A stretch of DNA of 64,000 nucleotides from Perkinsela sp. CCAP 1560/9 (GCA_965644495.1 CBFFSA010000014.1:62001-126000); one strand, 5' to 3'; shown: positions 1-11,572, counted from the first letter of the stretch. Notes: generated by a model from the sequence alone, not told the origin. Program-made: numbers and translations.

Positions 1-1267
1 GCAGCTGCTCCAGCGCCAGCCGCCGGTTCTCCCCCCCGCTCCGCGACGCGTGGCACCGGATCGTGATCCCCGTGGGCCGGTGCCGCAGCCGCACGCAGTT
101 GTGCGCGACGTTCACCCCCTGCCCCCCCGGCCCCCCTCCGTGGGACATGGCCATCTCAATGTCCCTATCCGGGATGGAGATTTGGATCGGGGAGGGCTGG
201 GGGAGCAGCGTGACGGCCGCGGTGGAGGTCTGGAGCTTGGGGGAAGTGGAGGGGGAGGGGGAGGGGATGCGCTGGATGCGGTGGACACCGATCTCGTAGC
301 GGAGGGAGGACCCGGCGACGGGGGAGGCGATGCGGAGACGGTAGGGGGGGCGGGTGTGACGGGAGGCTGCGGTAGTGGCCGGTGAAGAAGAGGAAGAGGA
401 GGAGGAAGAACCACTTGAGGATGAAGGTAGAGGGTTGGAAGGTTCAGGGGTTGGGGTGGTGTCGAGGATGGGCCAGTGTTGGGCGGTGCAGTAGGTTTTG
501 TACATTTCAAAGAGTTCAGCGGCGAAACGCCAGCTTTCCTCCCCCCCGGCCATGCCTTTGACCTCGAGGTTCCAGATCTCGGTGGAGTGGAGGGTTTGTT
601 GGAGAAGGGAGGGGGGGAGGGTTTTGTGGCCTACGGTGAAGGGGCGTGAGGTAAGGTAGTGGGAGATGGAGGGGGTTTCGAGAGAGCGGTGGACGGCGGT
701 GACGAAGGTGTGTTCGAGGTCGGAGAGCTCGGGGAGGAGGCGGGTTTGGATTTCCTCCTCAATGAGGGTTGCCATAGAGGTACTTGAGGTGTCGGTAGAG
801 GAGGCGGCTTCTTGGGCATCGGGGGTAGTATTCGTCGAGGCTTCGAGATCACGTTTTTCTTTTATGGCTTCCGCATGTAGAGAAAGAATCTCGCTGCATT
901 TGTTTAGCATGTCCGCGGCCCCCGGCAGGAGTATGTCTTTTAGTCTCTCTTTGGCTTCGTATGGCCATGGCTCAAACGTGTCACTTTTCGTGGAAGTTTT
1001 TGAGGGATTGACGTGTGATTGGGACTTTGTAGGAAACTCGAATCGAAGTCGATGACCGTCCTCTGCATTTTGTCCCAGCGACGGAGTTCCCAAGAACATG
1101 TAGGTCGCCTGTGCACATGACCAATAAACTTCGTGTATGGTAGGAGATATAACGGAAGGAAAACATGGAAGAGGAATCCCTGTGTTGTTCCGTAGATGGG
1201 TCCAGTCGTGCTTTGTATTTTGCAAGTGAGAGGGAAGGGCATATCGTGCGAGGGAACGAAAGAGCAT
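1..1267 (-). CDS. Mitochondrial-type class I peptide chain release factor (RF1/mtRF1-like), 3'-partial
   Basis: Manual minus-strand translation, open from ATG at 1267 (MLFRSLARY, presequence-like) to the window edge. Contains LEVKGMAGGEESWRFAAELFEMY, YEIGVHRIQRIP, QTSTAAVTLLP and GGGPGGQGVN...VRLRHRPTGITIRC (GGQ at 119-127). Not in the ORF track because the stop lies outside the window. Confidence 0.92.
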   Translation of the reverse strand, partial: MLFRSLARYALPSHLQNTKHDWTHLRNNTGIPLPCFPSVISPTIHEVYWSCAQATYMFLGTPSLGQNAEDGHRLRFEFPTKSQSHVNPSKTSTKSDTFEPWPYEAKERLKDILLPGAADMLNKCSEILSLHAEAIKEKRDLEASTNTTPDAQEAASSTDTSSTSMATLIEEEIQTRLLPELSDLEHTFVTAVHRSLETPSISHYLTSRPFTVGHKTLPPSLLQQTLHSTEIWNLEVKGMAGGEESWRFAAELFEMYKTYCTAQHWPILDTTPTPEPSNPLPSSSSGSSSSSSSSSPATTAASRHTRPPYRLRIASPVAGSSLRYEIGVHRIQRIPSPSPSTSPKLQTSTAAVTLLPQPSPIQISIPDRDIEMAMSHGGGPGGQGVNVAHNCVRLRHRPTGITIRCHASRSGGENRRLALEQL

Positions 1268-1891
1268 CACGTGAGGTGTACGTCTCAAGAAGCTGGAAGG
1301 AGTAGGATCATAAAGCTATACATACGGTTGATGAGCCGTGCGTGTGCGACAATGTCGTGGAAGGGGATCATGTTGCGTTCGTGCAGGTAGCAACAGGCAT
1401 AGAAGCAACCTTTGATTTAGAAAGAAAGCAGGTCTTATATACCCTTATATACCCTGTATACAATGTACACGTAGTGATCTCAAGTGACAAATAGATGGCG
1501 ATTTTTGTTTTTTGTCTTCATGCCAATTAATTCAAAAACAAGATATCCGGGTGAGATTAGTGAAGCTACAACTGCAGTCCACATTGTAACCATCTCTGTA
1601 AAAAGCTGTTTATCTAAAGTACACAAAAGAACCTTTTCTACTCGATATACACATCAATTACTCAGATTTTTGAACCTGCAATTCAACCTCTTCCTAATTT
1701 TGAAGCTCTCGATAAAGCAACCAACAAAATAGCTGTACATTTCTATGCTGCACAACGTGAGTAACTTCACAGCACAATAAGACCTAAGAACACAAAAAAA
1801 GGAATTTAAAAATCTACAACTCTTACTAAAATATTGAAATATATCACTAATCTACTAGTGCAAGGCTGATACCTAAAAATATCACCCCACA

Positions 1892-2461
1892 TTACTTCTT
1901 TCTTCCGGTAGGCTTTTGTTTTTGAGTATTCGTCTTTGGCTTACGAACGCCTCTCCCTTTTGCGTTCGATGTGGATGACTTTTTGACAGGGCTGCTCTTG
2001 ATAGCTTTCGCTAATATTCTAATCATGCCATTTTTTGTTGAGGTCGGAGTAAGACCACGTCTCTTGCATGCATCACGAAGAGCTGCCACTGGCATATTTT
2101 TCAAATCCTGACTGCGGAAGTTTCCCTCTACAGGAGAGGAAATCTGGGAAACGGATTGTGATGGAAGTCGGGAAGGCTTCGTAGTCCGAATTGCTGTTCT
2201 TTGCTTTTTTTCCTTTGGTAAACTCTTAGAGTCCTTTTTAGACGGTGGACTATTTCTCTTTTTTTGAGAAACCGCCTGTTTTACTTTTTTTGAATCTTCG
2301 CTGGGGAGACTACTTGGTAGCACTTCTTCGTCTTGAGTACTTTCATTCGGTAGCGGGTTAATTTCTGGTGGGCATAAACAGCTGCTCTTAAAAGAGCCAC
2401 AGGAAAAGCATCGACGACTGAGAATATGTTCTTGTTGCCGCTCTAAGAAACTGTGCTTCAT
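1892..2461 (-). CDS. Basic SAP-domain-containing protein
   Basis: 189-aa ORF; LKNMPVAALRDACKRRGLTPTSTKNGMIRIL fits the SAP motif; K/S-rich flanks. Confidence 0.7.
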   Translation of the reverse strand: MKHSFLERQQEHILSRRCFSCGSFKSSCLCPPEINPLPNESTQDEEVLPSSLPSEDSKKVKQAVSQKKRNSPPSKKDSKSLPKEKKQRTAIRTTKPSRLPSQSVSQISSPVEGNFRSQDLKNMPVAALRDACKRRGLTPTSTKNGMIRILAKAIKSSPVKKSSTSNAKGRGVRKPKTNTQKQKPTGRKK

Positions 2462-2761
2462 TTTAAGCCGTAAGCGAGTTTTTCGAAGAGTATGGGTAAA
2501 ATAAAACTCCGAAATAAGAATTAAACGAAGAATTGATAAGAACAGTGCTCATGAAATCCTTTTTAAAAAGAAATTATGGCTTCTGTATTAAAAATAACCA
2601 TTTAAACTTCATTACTCTTGAATTGTTTTATTTTTGAAGTCCAGGATTCCCAAACAACGAAAGTTTTCCCACGATAGTTGTCATAATTCTTACATGGTAC
2701 ACAGACAATATGAAATCATGCTGAATAAGGAAAACGTCCCCCAATGTCCATCATTCCACTC

Positions 2762-4201
2762 TTAAAAAAAGTCAAAATCACCAATAAGTACGGTGGCAAC
2801 AAAAAACCACACATACCAGTGGTTCCGGTAAGAGTTCGCTATGCGCTCATGAAATAAATATCTCTGATGCTCGCTGCAATAGTTGTAGAGATAAAAATCA
2901 ACAGGAATGCAAAGTTCTCGCTTATCTTTGTCAATACGATACGAAGAACCGGGCGCTGTCAAACGAACGGTATGGCCTTTCAAGTAGGCCCGAAAAAGCC
3001 ATGCGGTGCGCAGAAACGCATCGCAACAAGATTGAAGCTGACTGGGGGTAATGTAATAATTCTTTTCCGTTTGTTTTTGTCCAGTTACTGAAACACCCGC
3101 AGCCGCAGGTAGAGCACTTGGCTCTACCCGTAGAGACGCGTCATGTTCATTAAAATGAAACCCGGAAAGGGTGCATCGAAAGCGCACCGCTTCCACTGCC
3201 TCATGGAGACGTTCCTGTTCCTCCTGAACCGTGACCTGCAGATGCATCAGAGGGGAAGCCTCTGTGCGTAAAAAGTGCAACACCTCATAGGGCGTCGCGG
3301 TGTCTAGAAAACGAACCTCCGCTCGGGCCCAATCAATCGTATAGGGCAATGTTCTAGCAATTGCCCCCAGATTTCGGGTTGAGCGTTTTGTTTTTTGAGT
3401 TTCAGAACTCAAAGGTTTGCTCTTTTCCTCCTCTGTGGGAGTCCTTGATAAAATAGGGCTCTTGTTTGTTGTTTCCTGCGTGGGCTCTTGCAACGCCCAG
3501 GCCGTGTATTGCCCTCTTGTAAAATTACGGTAGTCCGAGGTCTCTTCCTGGTGATCGTTCACGAGGGTTCGTTTCGCCACGTTTGGCAGCTCTTGCAGCA
3601 CCCCCTGCCGTACGGGATCAGGGACCACCGAAAGGGACAAGTGGGAGAATGCGGGGACTTTTTCAAACAGCGCACGAGAGGCAAGAAGTCGCGCAGAGAA
3701 CCCCGCAAAGTCAGCCGATTTATCCCATGTTACACGTTTCCATTTCATTTGGTTGCGCAGGGGCTGGGAGCCGTAATATTGGGTTAGGCCATCGTCGGCG
3801 TCCTCAGGAGAAGGTGGTACAGTTTCCGTCGTTTTCGCAGTGCTTCTTTGTAAATTCGCGCTTTGAGAATCCGTAGGGGTGCTAATTTCTGTGACTGAGG
3901 CACATCCTGGTGCATTCGTTGCATTCTGCCCGTTTGTGATTGGTTTCGTTTTGTCACCGCTTTCTGTTGTGCCCACAGAAAGGGGCGATGTAGGGGGAGA
4001 TGTATTTTTAAACGAAGTGCATGCCCACTGCCATGCGGTCTTTGTGTAGTGAACAAATCCCTTTTCATCTTTTTGACGTTCATGAAGGACATGATTCATG
4101 ATTTCCCTTTGGGTTTTCATCCAAATTAGAACATCACTGGGACGAGTCGTATTTTGAAGAGGTAACGCCACACACCCCATGACAGTAGCGCGACGCATCA
4201 T
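2762..4201 (-). CDS. Hypothetical protein, probably mitochondrial, with hydrophobic C-terminus (weak TCAIM/DUF4461-like similarity)
   Basis: Long ORF; first ATG at 4201 gives MMRR..; C-terminal ELCIPVDF motif and WYVWFFVATVLIG hydrophobic tail. Confidence 0.65.
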   Translation of the reverse strand: MMRRATVMGCVALPLQNTTRPSDVLIWMKTQREIMNHVLHERQKDEKGFVHYTKTAWQWACTSFKNTSPPTSPLSVGTTESGDKTKPITNGQNATNAPGCASVTEISTPTDSQSANLQRSTAKTTETVPPSPEDADDGLTQYYGSQPLRNQMKWKRVTWDKSADFAGFSARLLASRALFEKVPAFSHLSLSVVPDPVRQGVLQELPNVAKRTLVNDHQEETSDYRNFTRGQYTAWALQEPTQETTNKSPILSRTPTEEEKSKPLSSETQKTKRSTRNLGAIARTLPYTIDWARAEVRFLDTATPYEVLHFLRTEASPLMHLQVTVQEEQERLHEAVEAVRFRCTLSGFHFNEHDASLRVEPSALPAAAGVSVTGQKQTEKNYYITPSQLQSCCDAFLRTAWLFRAYLKGHTVRLTAPGSSYRIDKDKRELCIPVDFYLYNYCSEHQRYLFHERIANSYRNHWYVWFFVATVLIGDFDFF

Positions 4202-4439
4202 CAGTGTAATATTCAACAAAAATAATTTTTGAAGAAGAGAATTTTTCTTTTGCAAAAAGAGGGAGGAACGTTTCTTTGAATATCCGAAAGATCACTTATT
4301 AAAATCTTCATAATTTTTTTTTCGCACTGATTTGCTATGAAGTACATTGCTATGTAGGAATATTGTAGGAAAATTCATGCAGCTCCGCTTTGAGTTAAGA
4401 AACTTGAGTTAAGAAAAAATGCTAACGATGTTTGAAGAA

Positions 4440-5270
4440 AGAGGAAATGTGAAATTTCACTTGGGGGGATGCGGGTGTGCATCACCGAACCCGCGCTTTG
4501 CATTTGAGACCGAACGAGATCTATTTTAGTCCGAAAAAATGGGTTGAACGTGCATAACGTACTACATGTACGTTATGCATCGTGCTCATACCTTGCGTGG
4601 AACATTTTCTACACAATGTCCTCAAAACAGCAATGTAACCTTGGCTCGAGAGTGACATTTTTTTAGAGTTCGTAAAGAGTCTTCTAATTTTTCTTTCCCA
4701 AACATACAGACAGAAAGGATGATTTCAAAGGTGTCTCAACAGAACAACGAATGAAGGAGCGAGAAAATTTCATGCAAGAATCCGTCGAAACACTGCAAAA
4801 TTGCCGAGCTTGAATTGTCACCTTGGAGATGAAGGTCGTACATCGCTCTTAGAATCACTGGTTTACCCTGTTGATGTTCTCAACACGTCTTGCTGAAGAA
4901 GTGGGAAATGAACTTTACTGTCTTAAACTCTTCTTGTTCCGTTCAAGAGAAGCATGATGCCTTGCAAACTTTGGGTCCGAAACTCATAGAAGAAGCTCAG
5001 CTTGCACTGAATTGTCCGGAAAGGAATGCTTTTTTTTGGCGGCGTCACGCGATTCTTGGCGGCGTCACGCGATGGGATACGAACAAATGTGACTCCATAA
5101 AGTACGTTATACGAAAGTTGCCAACGTTGACTAGATTAGTGGAGCACCACTGCACGAAAGAAAAGACACCCTGTAAGTCAATTCAGGATATTAAGAACGG
5201 AGATGCCTTAAGCAAACTGCAGCAGGAAAAAAAAGAGCAGGGTTCGCGGAAACTTTTAAACCTTAAATAA
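4440..5270 (+). pseudogene. Degraded copy of the hAT-like transposase family of 19421-22045
   Basis: Fragments LIPCVEHFLHNVLKTAM (cf. LLSCFGHFLNNLAMDAM) and LGGVTRWDTNKCDSIKYVIRKLPTL (cf. LGGVTRWCHDKFSSISFFSTQLPTV), broken by stops and frameshifts. Confidence 0.75.
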
Positions 5271-5273
5271 TTT

Positions 5274-6174
5274 TTTAGGCTCTTCGTTAATATTATTGTA
5301 TTATAGTTATAACATATTATTGTTATTACTAAGTAACGCGGTGGTTGTTTTCAACTTAGAAGTCACTCATGCTGCGCGCTTCGCGTTGAAAACTACCACC
5401 GCGTATAACGAATAGCCTAAAAAAGAAAATTTGGTCTAGAAAGCTGAAGAAAACGGAAACATTATAGCCAAAAATAGCCGATTTTCGAGTAAAAATGGGG
5501 TGATTTTTGGGTATTTTTGCTCTCAGAGCACTAAATCCGATATTTGCGTGCGGGAACTCACCCGTAGGCAGGAATAAAAGCCTACCAAACGTATTGGGTA
5601 GAGAATACGACTCCAACCACACCATTCTTTCGACCAAAAAAGGCCCATTGGGGTTCGAAAAATACTTTTTCACCTTTTTTAGTCAAAAATGAGCCGTTTT
5701 AAGGGGCGCACCACGGCTCGAGAATTGATGCCTTGCGAAAACAACTACGGAGAAAGCTAGTGTAGGTCCCAAAATATCAAAATGCAATAGGGGAAACGAT
5801 TTTGGAAAAATATTTTTTTTGTTAGTTTTTTCGCCAACTTGAAATTTTTTTCCGAAAAAATCCGAACTTGGCGGACCCGTCCTGCGCATACGAGGGGGGG
5901 TCACCCCCGGGTAGGGGGGTGGAAAATGCGCGCCAAAACCCCGGCTACCCCTTCTGCGGGTTTGTTTCGAAAAATATTTTTTTCAAAAAATTTCGTGCGG
6001 TATGCCCCCCTCTAGATCCCCCATTTTTTTCATTTTTCAATTTTGGACCACCGGAGCCCCCTTTTATAAATTTTTCTTCTAATATATTACTGTGTTCCTC
6101 TTTATATTTTCACTGTTTTTGTTCACTTTTTTTCAATAATCGAGGGTAGAGCGGTAGTTTTACAACCACCGCAA
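5274..6174 (+). mobile_element. Family A hairpin-ended non-autonomous element, full-length copy
   Basis: Matches 59575-60453 along its length; 5' long hairpin (with an AT-rich insert) and 3' gcggtagttttacaaccaccgcaa. Confidence 0.85.
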
Positions 6175-6204
6175 TGTACTTTATAGTAACTCTATATTTT
6201 TTAA

Positions 6205-6982
6205 ACGGTGGTTGTAACTTCTTCTTCGTTAAACGCGGACTGTTGAAATACTCCCCCTCTCATTAATAATTATAATTATAATCTATAAACCTTTTTAGTT
6301 TATAATTATAATTATAGTTTATAATTATTAATGAGATTCGATAAGTGATTTTTTCTTATTATGGAGCTCAAATTCTTGATTTTCGAGACACTTCGTTCTT
6401 AGAAGCACTTCGAAGCAATTTTTAGTGCAAAGTATGTGGTACAGGTGTCTTTCTAGATAAAAAATGAAGAATTTGAGGTTTATAATAATAAAAGTGAGAC
6501 TCAGAATTATAATCTCATTAAATTTCTATAAACAATCCCTTTAAAGATTTTTAGAGGTTTATAATTATTAATGAGAGGGGGAGTACGTTTTAGGAGAGGA
6601 TTTTGGAAAAATAATATTTTTGGTCACCCCAAAAATTTCGGAAATTTTGACCTTGTCGGACCCCTCCTGCGCGTACCAGGGAGGGGTACCCCCAGGTGGG
6701 GGGGTGGAAAATTATCGCCGCGGCATACTCTACCACTTCCCTGCGCTCGATTTTGGAAAGCAAAAAATTCGAAAAGAAATTCTTGACGTATGCCCCCCCC
6801 CCCCATGGACTCCCCCCCCTAGACCCTCCATTTTTTACAATTTTTCAGTTTTGGACCACCGGAGCCCCTTTTATAATTTTTTTTTCTATTATATTACTGT
6901 GTTCCTCTTTATATTTTCACTGTTTTTGTTCACTTTTTTCTCAATAATCGAGGGTAGAGCGGTAGTTATACAACCACCGCAA
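6205..6982 (+). mobile_element. Family A deleted copy with nested MITE
   Basis: 5' remnant cttcgttaaacgcgg and family A 3' half ending caaccaccgcaa. Confidence 0.7.
6251..6583. mobile_element. Stowaway-like MITE, TA TSD
   Basis: TIRs ctccccctctcattaataattataa / ttataattattaatgagagggggag, flanked by TA. Confidence 0.85.
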
Positions 6983-7127
6983 CTTTATTTTACTTGCTAT
7001 TTATCCTTGTCACTTTATAAGGAGGCGGACGACTCTTTAGCACATTTACATTTTGAGCGTACACATCCTATGTACATGCATAATCTTGTATTTACTGTCT
7101 TATTCATCTTTCTACTTTCCCTTTCCT

Positions 7128-7925
7128 ATGGATAAACTCACCAGAGGAAAGTTCTGCAAGAAAATTTTGTTGAAATGAAGAGCACAGAAGGAAACAAGCA
7201 AGTAGCAGAGTGTAAGTTGTGTCCTGAAGGTGGACGTAAACATTTTTTGATCGCCAAAGGTCTGCAGACCGACTCTATGGCTCCAGAAAAACACCTGCTA
7301 AAACATGATAAGACTTACGACGTCTGGTCTAGGGAACAACAGGAAAAGCGCCGCCGTGAAAACCCAACAATTAATATATCACCACAGGCTGCTTCACCAG
7401 AACATCATGAAGATTATAAACATCATGATGATTACTATCTGGAAATCAGTGTAGGATCCCAAGCTCAGCTCTTTAGCATCCGCTAAATCGAAATAAAATC
7501 ATGCGAGGTTTATGCCCCACTCCACCTCGAAGAGAAAAGATGAATGAACTGATTATAGAGTACGCGGGGCAAGCGCGAACAAATACATGAAATGAATTCG
7601 AGTTCAAATTTTCAGATGTGTGCGCATGAATGGATACTTCAACGATCCATCATTGTACAATATGTGCCGTGACCCTAGTGTGCAAAGGTACATCAATGTG
7701 TTGGACTAACTATATTAAGCCAATGTCCTCCATTGATGACCCCTCCTTCAAAGTTTGCTTGAACAAGTTTTGGTGGAACTTTGTCCCGAGCGAATTTTTG
7801 CTACACACCTAGAGTCAGATGCCGGAGCAGGAATCAAGGGCTTGATCATGACTGCAACGGAAAACGGAATCGCCTACACCGTTTGCTTCGTTCATTCATT
7901 ACAAAGCGAAGAAAAGGGGATCGGT
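7128..7925 (+). pseudogene. BED-finger hAT transposase remnant (paralog of 23354-30602)
   Basis: ECKLC...EKHLLKH BED finger, RGLCPTPPRREK, SDAGAGIKG..GIAYTVCFVHSLQ (CxxH), with frameshifts. Confidence 0.8.
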
Positions 7926-7956
7926 ACGGTCTTATTTTAGAACGACTTATGTATTA

Positions 7957-8410
7957 CTTCCCCCCTATTTAGTGCTGAGTGAAATTCGGCAAAATTCAAC
8001 ACTAAATAGGGGATACAGCTTTGTGAACGCTGTGGGGCATTTGTATAAAGGCCTGTAGGGGGGCAGCTTGTAAAGGGGGATACAGCTATGAAGGCTAGGT
8101 CTGACAAGCAAAGTATAAAGTAGAAACAAACAAGCGAAGAATGAATACAACCCCGCTCATTAACAATGGGACCAACGTTTATAGAGCTACGAGTCTTGCT
8201 TTTTGTTGATTGCAAGTATCACCCTGTATGAATAAAGTAAATTAAGGTAGAAATCGGTCAGCAATCACAAATAACAAGCAAAGATAAGAAAAAAACGCTT
8301 TTGGAAAAATAGAATTAAGCGCCGCTTCGCGGCGCCTATATGCACTGAACCCAAAATTCAACACTAAATAGGGGGGGGGTTGAGCACTCAATAGTAAATA
8401 GGGGGGGCAG
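7957..8410. mobile_element. TA-flanked MITE
   Basis: TIRs cttcccccctattta / taaatagggggggcag, TA on both sides; internal gcgccgcttcgcggcgc hairpin. Confidence 0.75.
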
Positions 8411-8553
8411 TAAGACTAAGTTCAGGGATTTGTCTATTACATCCCAGAAGCTTACTTCGATGGTTGTATTAGAAAATCTTTGTCTAAATAGGATAAAAAT
8501 ATCTTCTTAATAAGATTGGCTGTTAATAGGCCTTTATAATCACCAAAGAGCTC

Positions 8554-9315
8554 CTAGTGAAGCAGGTGTATTTTAGTGCGACTACAGAACTCTTGGTCAG
8601 TGAAACAGTGGCGCAATGCAGGACTGTGTGTTGAGAGATCTATCATTCCGCTAAGATCTCTATTTCCATCCAAAGTCAACCAAATCACCGTTCCGGGAAG
8701 CCTTTTAAAATCGACTTCGCCTTCGAAGAAATTGTTCTTAAGATAAATGCGTCTCAAATTGCTTTTGATATCCCCGAACTGAGGGGTTCCAGAGAGTTCA
8801 TTGTGGGAAACATCGAGAAACCTCAAAGACGCGGGTAATAAACCGAAATTCAATTCTCCCGTAAAACAGTTGTCGTCGACTGAAATAACCTGCATGAAAA
8901 CTGGAAGATTCTTTATTGATCCAGTAAATTTATTGCTCGAAAGCCGCAGTGTCTCGAGCTTTGGGGGAAACAGTTCAAACTCTACTAATCCACAAAGCTC
9001 ATGACGACTAAGGTCCAATATAAGGACGGACTTTGGAAGATGTTCCCAGAAAAAGGTCCCTTGCAGATTGCATCCTTTCCAATCAATTGCCCCTACTTCT
9101 CCCTCTTCATTGCACCACACACCATGCCACTCGCACGCAGGGGTGTTCGTGTTCCAAGTGGGGTTCAAATTCTTTATTCCTCGAACAAAGAGGTCCAATT
9201 TATATTCCTGAGGTAATTCAGTGCCTTGTATCTTCCCTAGGCGAGTACTCGGAACATCGGCTGTGCATATACCCGAGCATTGTGTATGCAACGTCCAAAA
9301 TATGACACTAGTCAT
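8554..9315 (-). CDS. Leucine-rich repeat protein (LRRNT-like cap + ~24-aa LRRs)
   Basis: RLGKIQGTELPQEYKL..W....PACEWHGVWC cap and LPxxLxxLxLxxNxFxG repeats; first ATG at 9315. Confidence 0.9.
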   Translation of the reverse strand: MTSVIFWTLHTQCSGICTADVPSTRLGKIQGTELPQEYKLDLFVRGIKNLNPTWNTNTPACEWHGVWCNEEGEVGAIDWKGCNLQGTFFWEHLPKSVLILDLSRHELCGLVEFELFPPKLETLRLSSNKFTGSIKNLPVFMQVISVDDNCFTGELNFGLLPASLRFLDVSHNELSGTPQFGDIKSNLRRIYLKNNFFEGEVDFKRLPGTVIWLTLDGNRDLSGMIDLSTHSPALRHCFTDQEFCSRTKIHLLH

Positions 9316-9474
9316 ATTAAAATTTAGAAAAAGAAACCTGACTAAAGTCTTGATCCAAATGCGTTTCGAGATATATTTCTTAGAAATGGGGGAACTAATT
9401 CTGGGGGACAATCAAATTTGTGAAACTCAGTCAACGTTGTCAAATTATAAAAAATGCTGTATTCCCCCGTTAAG

Positions 9475-9896
9475 AAGAAGAAGAAGGTTCGGATGGCTCT
9501 GCAGCGCCAACTGTTAGGGTAGAGTCCCAGGTCACCGACCTTCATTGTCTTGCTACCCCATTCCCAGGCGGCACTCGACCCCTTGCGGCCCGAGAACGGC
9601 TACCCAACCGTAGCTACCAGGACGGGTGTCCGCTCCGTTGCATCGTGTAGGTTGTGTCTCAGGCCTCCTTTGCGCAATCAGCTCGCAATTTAGCGGCTGC
9701 GCTGGAGCCTGGTTCAGCTCGACGGTTCCGGGTCGGTCCTCCAGGGGAGCGGGGTTGGGTGTGGGCATTGAAGGCACTCCTGATCGCTTTCCCTTTGTAG
9801 TGAGGCCGCCAGGTTGCGAGTTTTGCCGATAGCGGGAATCGAACCAACAACCTGCAGGTTGTAAGGCCCACCGTCTGCCAACTATGCCCGAACCAC
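9475..9896 (-). mobile_element. tRNA-derived SINE with (TTC)n tail and 13-bp TSD
   Basis: Minus-strand head with A-box-like TAGTTGG and B-box GGTTCGATTCC (9825-9896); TTC-repeat tail; direct repeat ttcccccgttaag at 9462-9474 and 9897-9909. Confidence 0.8.
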
Positions 9897-10151
9897 TTCC
9901 CCCGTTAAGCGCACTTCGTCTTTTCGTAAAAAGCGCGCTTAACGGGAGGGGTCTGAATCACTAGAGATACGAAGGCTATGCAGCGGAAAAACGTCGATGG
10001 CGACACTTCCGGGAAAGTCTGGAAATTTTGTTTCTTGCTTTAGAAACATCCCAGAACAGTTGCAAAACTTTAATAACAGAAAAGAAGGATTTTGTTTAAA
10101 AAGCGGCACTTTCCTCAATATTTTTCTTTATCCCCCTATTTACTATTATTA

Positions 10152-10315
10152 CCGTGTCCCCTTATTTAGTGTTTAAATTTTAGCTTCGCAGATATACAGT
10201 AACTCTGTTGTAGGTGCCGCGAGGCGGCGTCGAAAAATTGTACGCCTCTATTTTATCTCCTCTACTTAGTGATAATTTTTGCTCAATTCCACTAGACACT
10301 AAATAGGGGAGACGG
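10152..10315. mobile_element. TA-flanked MITE
   Basis: TIRs ccgtgtccccttatttagtgt / acactaaataggggagacgg, TA flanks. Confidence 0.75.
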
Positions 10316-10397
10316 TAATATTTCCGCGGACTGTACACTTTTAATTGACGAGACATGTGCTGGGTAGCATTAGCTCTTGATAACCCTAAAATGAGAC

Positions 10398-11189
10398 TTA
10401 TTCCGGCACTCTCTTCCACCCGCGGTCGAGTTCAGAATACTCAAAACAGTTGGATAGTTTAGTTTTCCATGCATTAGGTTCCAATCTTATAATTTCAAGA
10501 CTTTGGGGAGGATTCCTCAAATCCGCAACGCCCGAAAATTTATTTTGACCCATCTCCAAAAACCAAAGTCCTTCGTGTAGAAAAGAGAAATCAACCTCAC
10601 CACTCAGCTCATTACGGCTAATATCAATTTGCACAAGAGAGCGTGGCAGAGCGCTCAAATTCACTGTCCCCGTAAATCGATTTGAACCAAGCAGCAAGGA
10701 AACCATTCCGTGGGGTAAGTGGGTCAAAACCAGAGGACCCATAAATGAATTCCGTCGCACCTCCAATTCCTTTAGCGTTGCCGGTAGCGCGTCAAGTTCA
10801 AGTCTTCCCGACACATAATTGCTGTAGCCGTCGAACACAGCAAGGCCGAGAGGCAGCAATGAGGTGTCAAGAGTTCCAGTAATCGCATTAGTCGAGAAAC
10901 GCATCTGCACTGTGTTTACAGGCAAATATTCCCACTTCAAAAAACCCTGCAATAAACATGGATTAGAACTGCGATTGGAATACAAGGTATCCCAATGAAT
11001 ACTTAGAGTTTTTAGGTCTCGTTCACAGCTCACGCCTTCCCATTGACATCCAGGTGTGGACGACGTCCATGATTCGTGTGGATTCTCGATACCGGAGATC
11101 AAACGTGTAAGTTGAATTTCTAATGGTAACACTGAACGGCAGATTTTACCTCTATGAACGAGATCTGTCATAAAAGATATTTTGTGCAT
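10398..11189 (-). CDS. Leucine-rich repeat protein
   Basis: 263 aa; RGKICRSVLPLE..SW....CQWEGVSC cap plus LP..L..L...N.F.G repeats. Confidence 0.9.
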   Translation of the reverse strand: MHKISFMTDLVHRGKICRSVLPLEIQLTRLISGIENPHESWTSSTPGCQWEGVSCERDLKTLSIHWDTLYSNRSSNPCLLQGFLKWEYLPVNTVQMRFSTNAITGTLDTSLLPLGLAVFDGYSNYVSGRLELDALPATLKELEVRRNSFMGPLVLTHLPHGMVSLLLGSNRFTGTVNLSALPRSLVQIDISRNELSGEVDFSFLHEGLWFLEMGQNKFSGVADLRNPPQSLEIIRLEPNAWKTKLSNCFEYSELDRGWKRVPE

Positions 11190-11279
11190 AAAGATGCGTA
11201 ATTTAGCATAATATTAGATAGCAATTAAACGCCTGTGTAGTTTACTGTGTCTTCCTGGCAGAGTAACTGGGTATAAAGA

Positions 11280-11572
11280 TTTCTTCTTTAGAGGGTTGAA
11301 ACATCCCCATCCGCACCCAGTGCATCTTCAACAACAAAGACTTAACGAAAATTGGAAGATCCAGAAGGAACACGTTCGGGGAGACACTCCGGGAGAGAGA
11401 TGATTTTTTTTCAGCCAATTTTTATGAGAGCTTCACAATGCGCGTTTTTTGCTGAATGCGTCGGTCTGAAACTCTATACCGAAAGCGTTTCTATCCTATA
11501 CTATAAGACCGAGGCTAAAATTACGCAAAAATTGCTAATTTTAGACCCCCCCAGCATCTGATTTGCACCCCT
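11280..11572. mobile_element. Terminal fragment of Tc1-like family (cf. 27119-28677)
   Basis: ttttagacccccccagcatctgatttgcacccctgta matches the TIR of the 27.1-28.7 kb element. Confidence 0.65.

Noticed and set aside
50-1055. Plus-strand and alternative-frame ORFs in the track (also over 16.7-17.5, 38.6-39.7 and 55.1-56.1 kb)
   Set aside because: Shadow ORFs of GC-rich minus-strand genes.
9825-9896. Functional tRNA-Val(TAC) gene
   Set aside because: The acceptor stem does not pair and the anticodon arm is irregular; it is the head of a TSD-flanked SINE.
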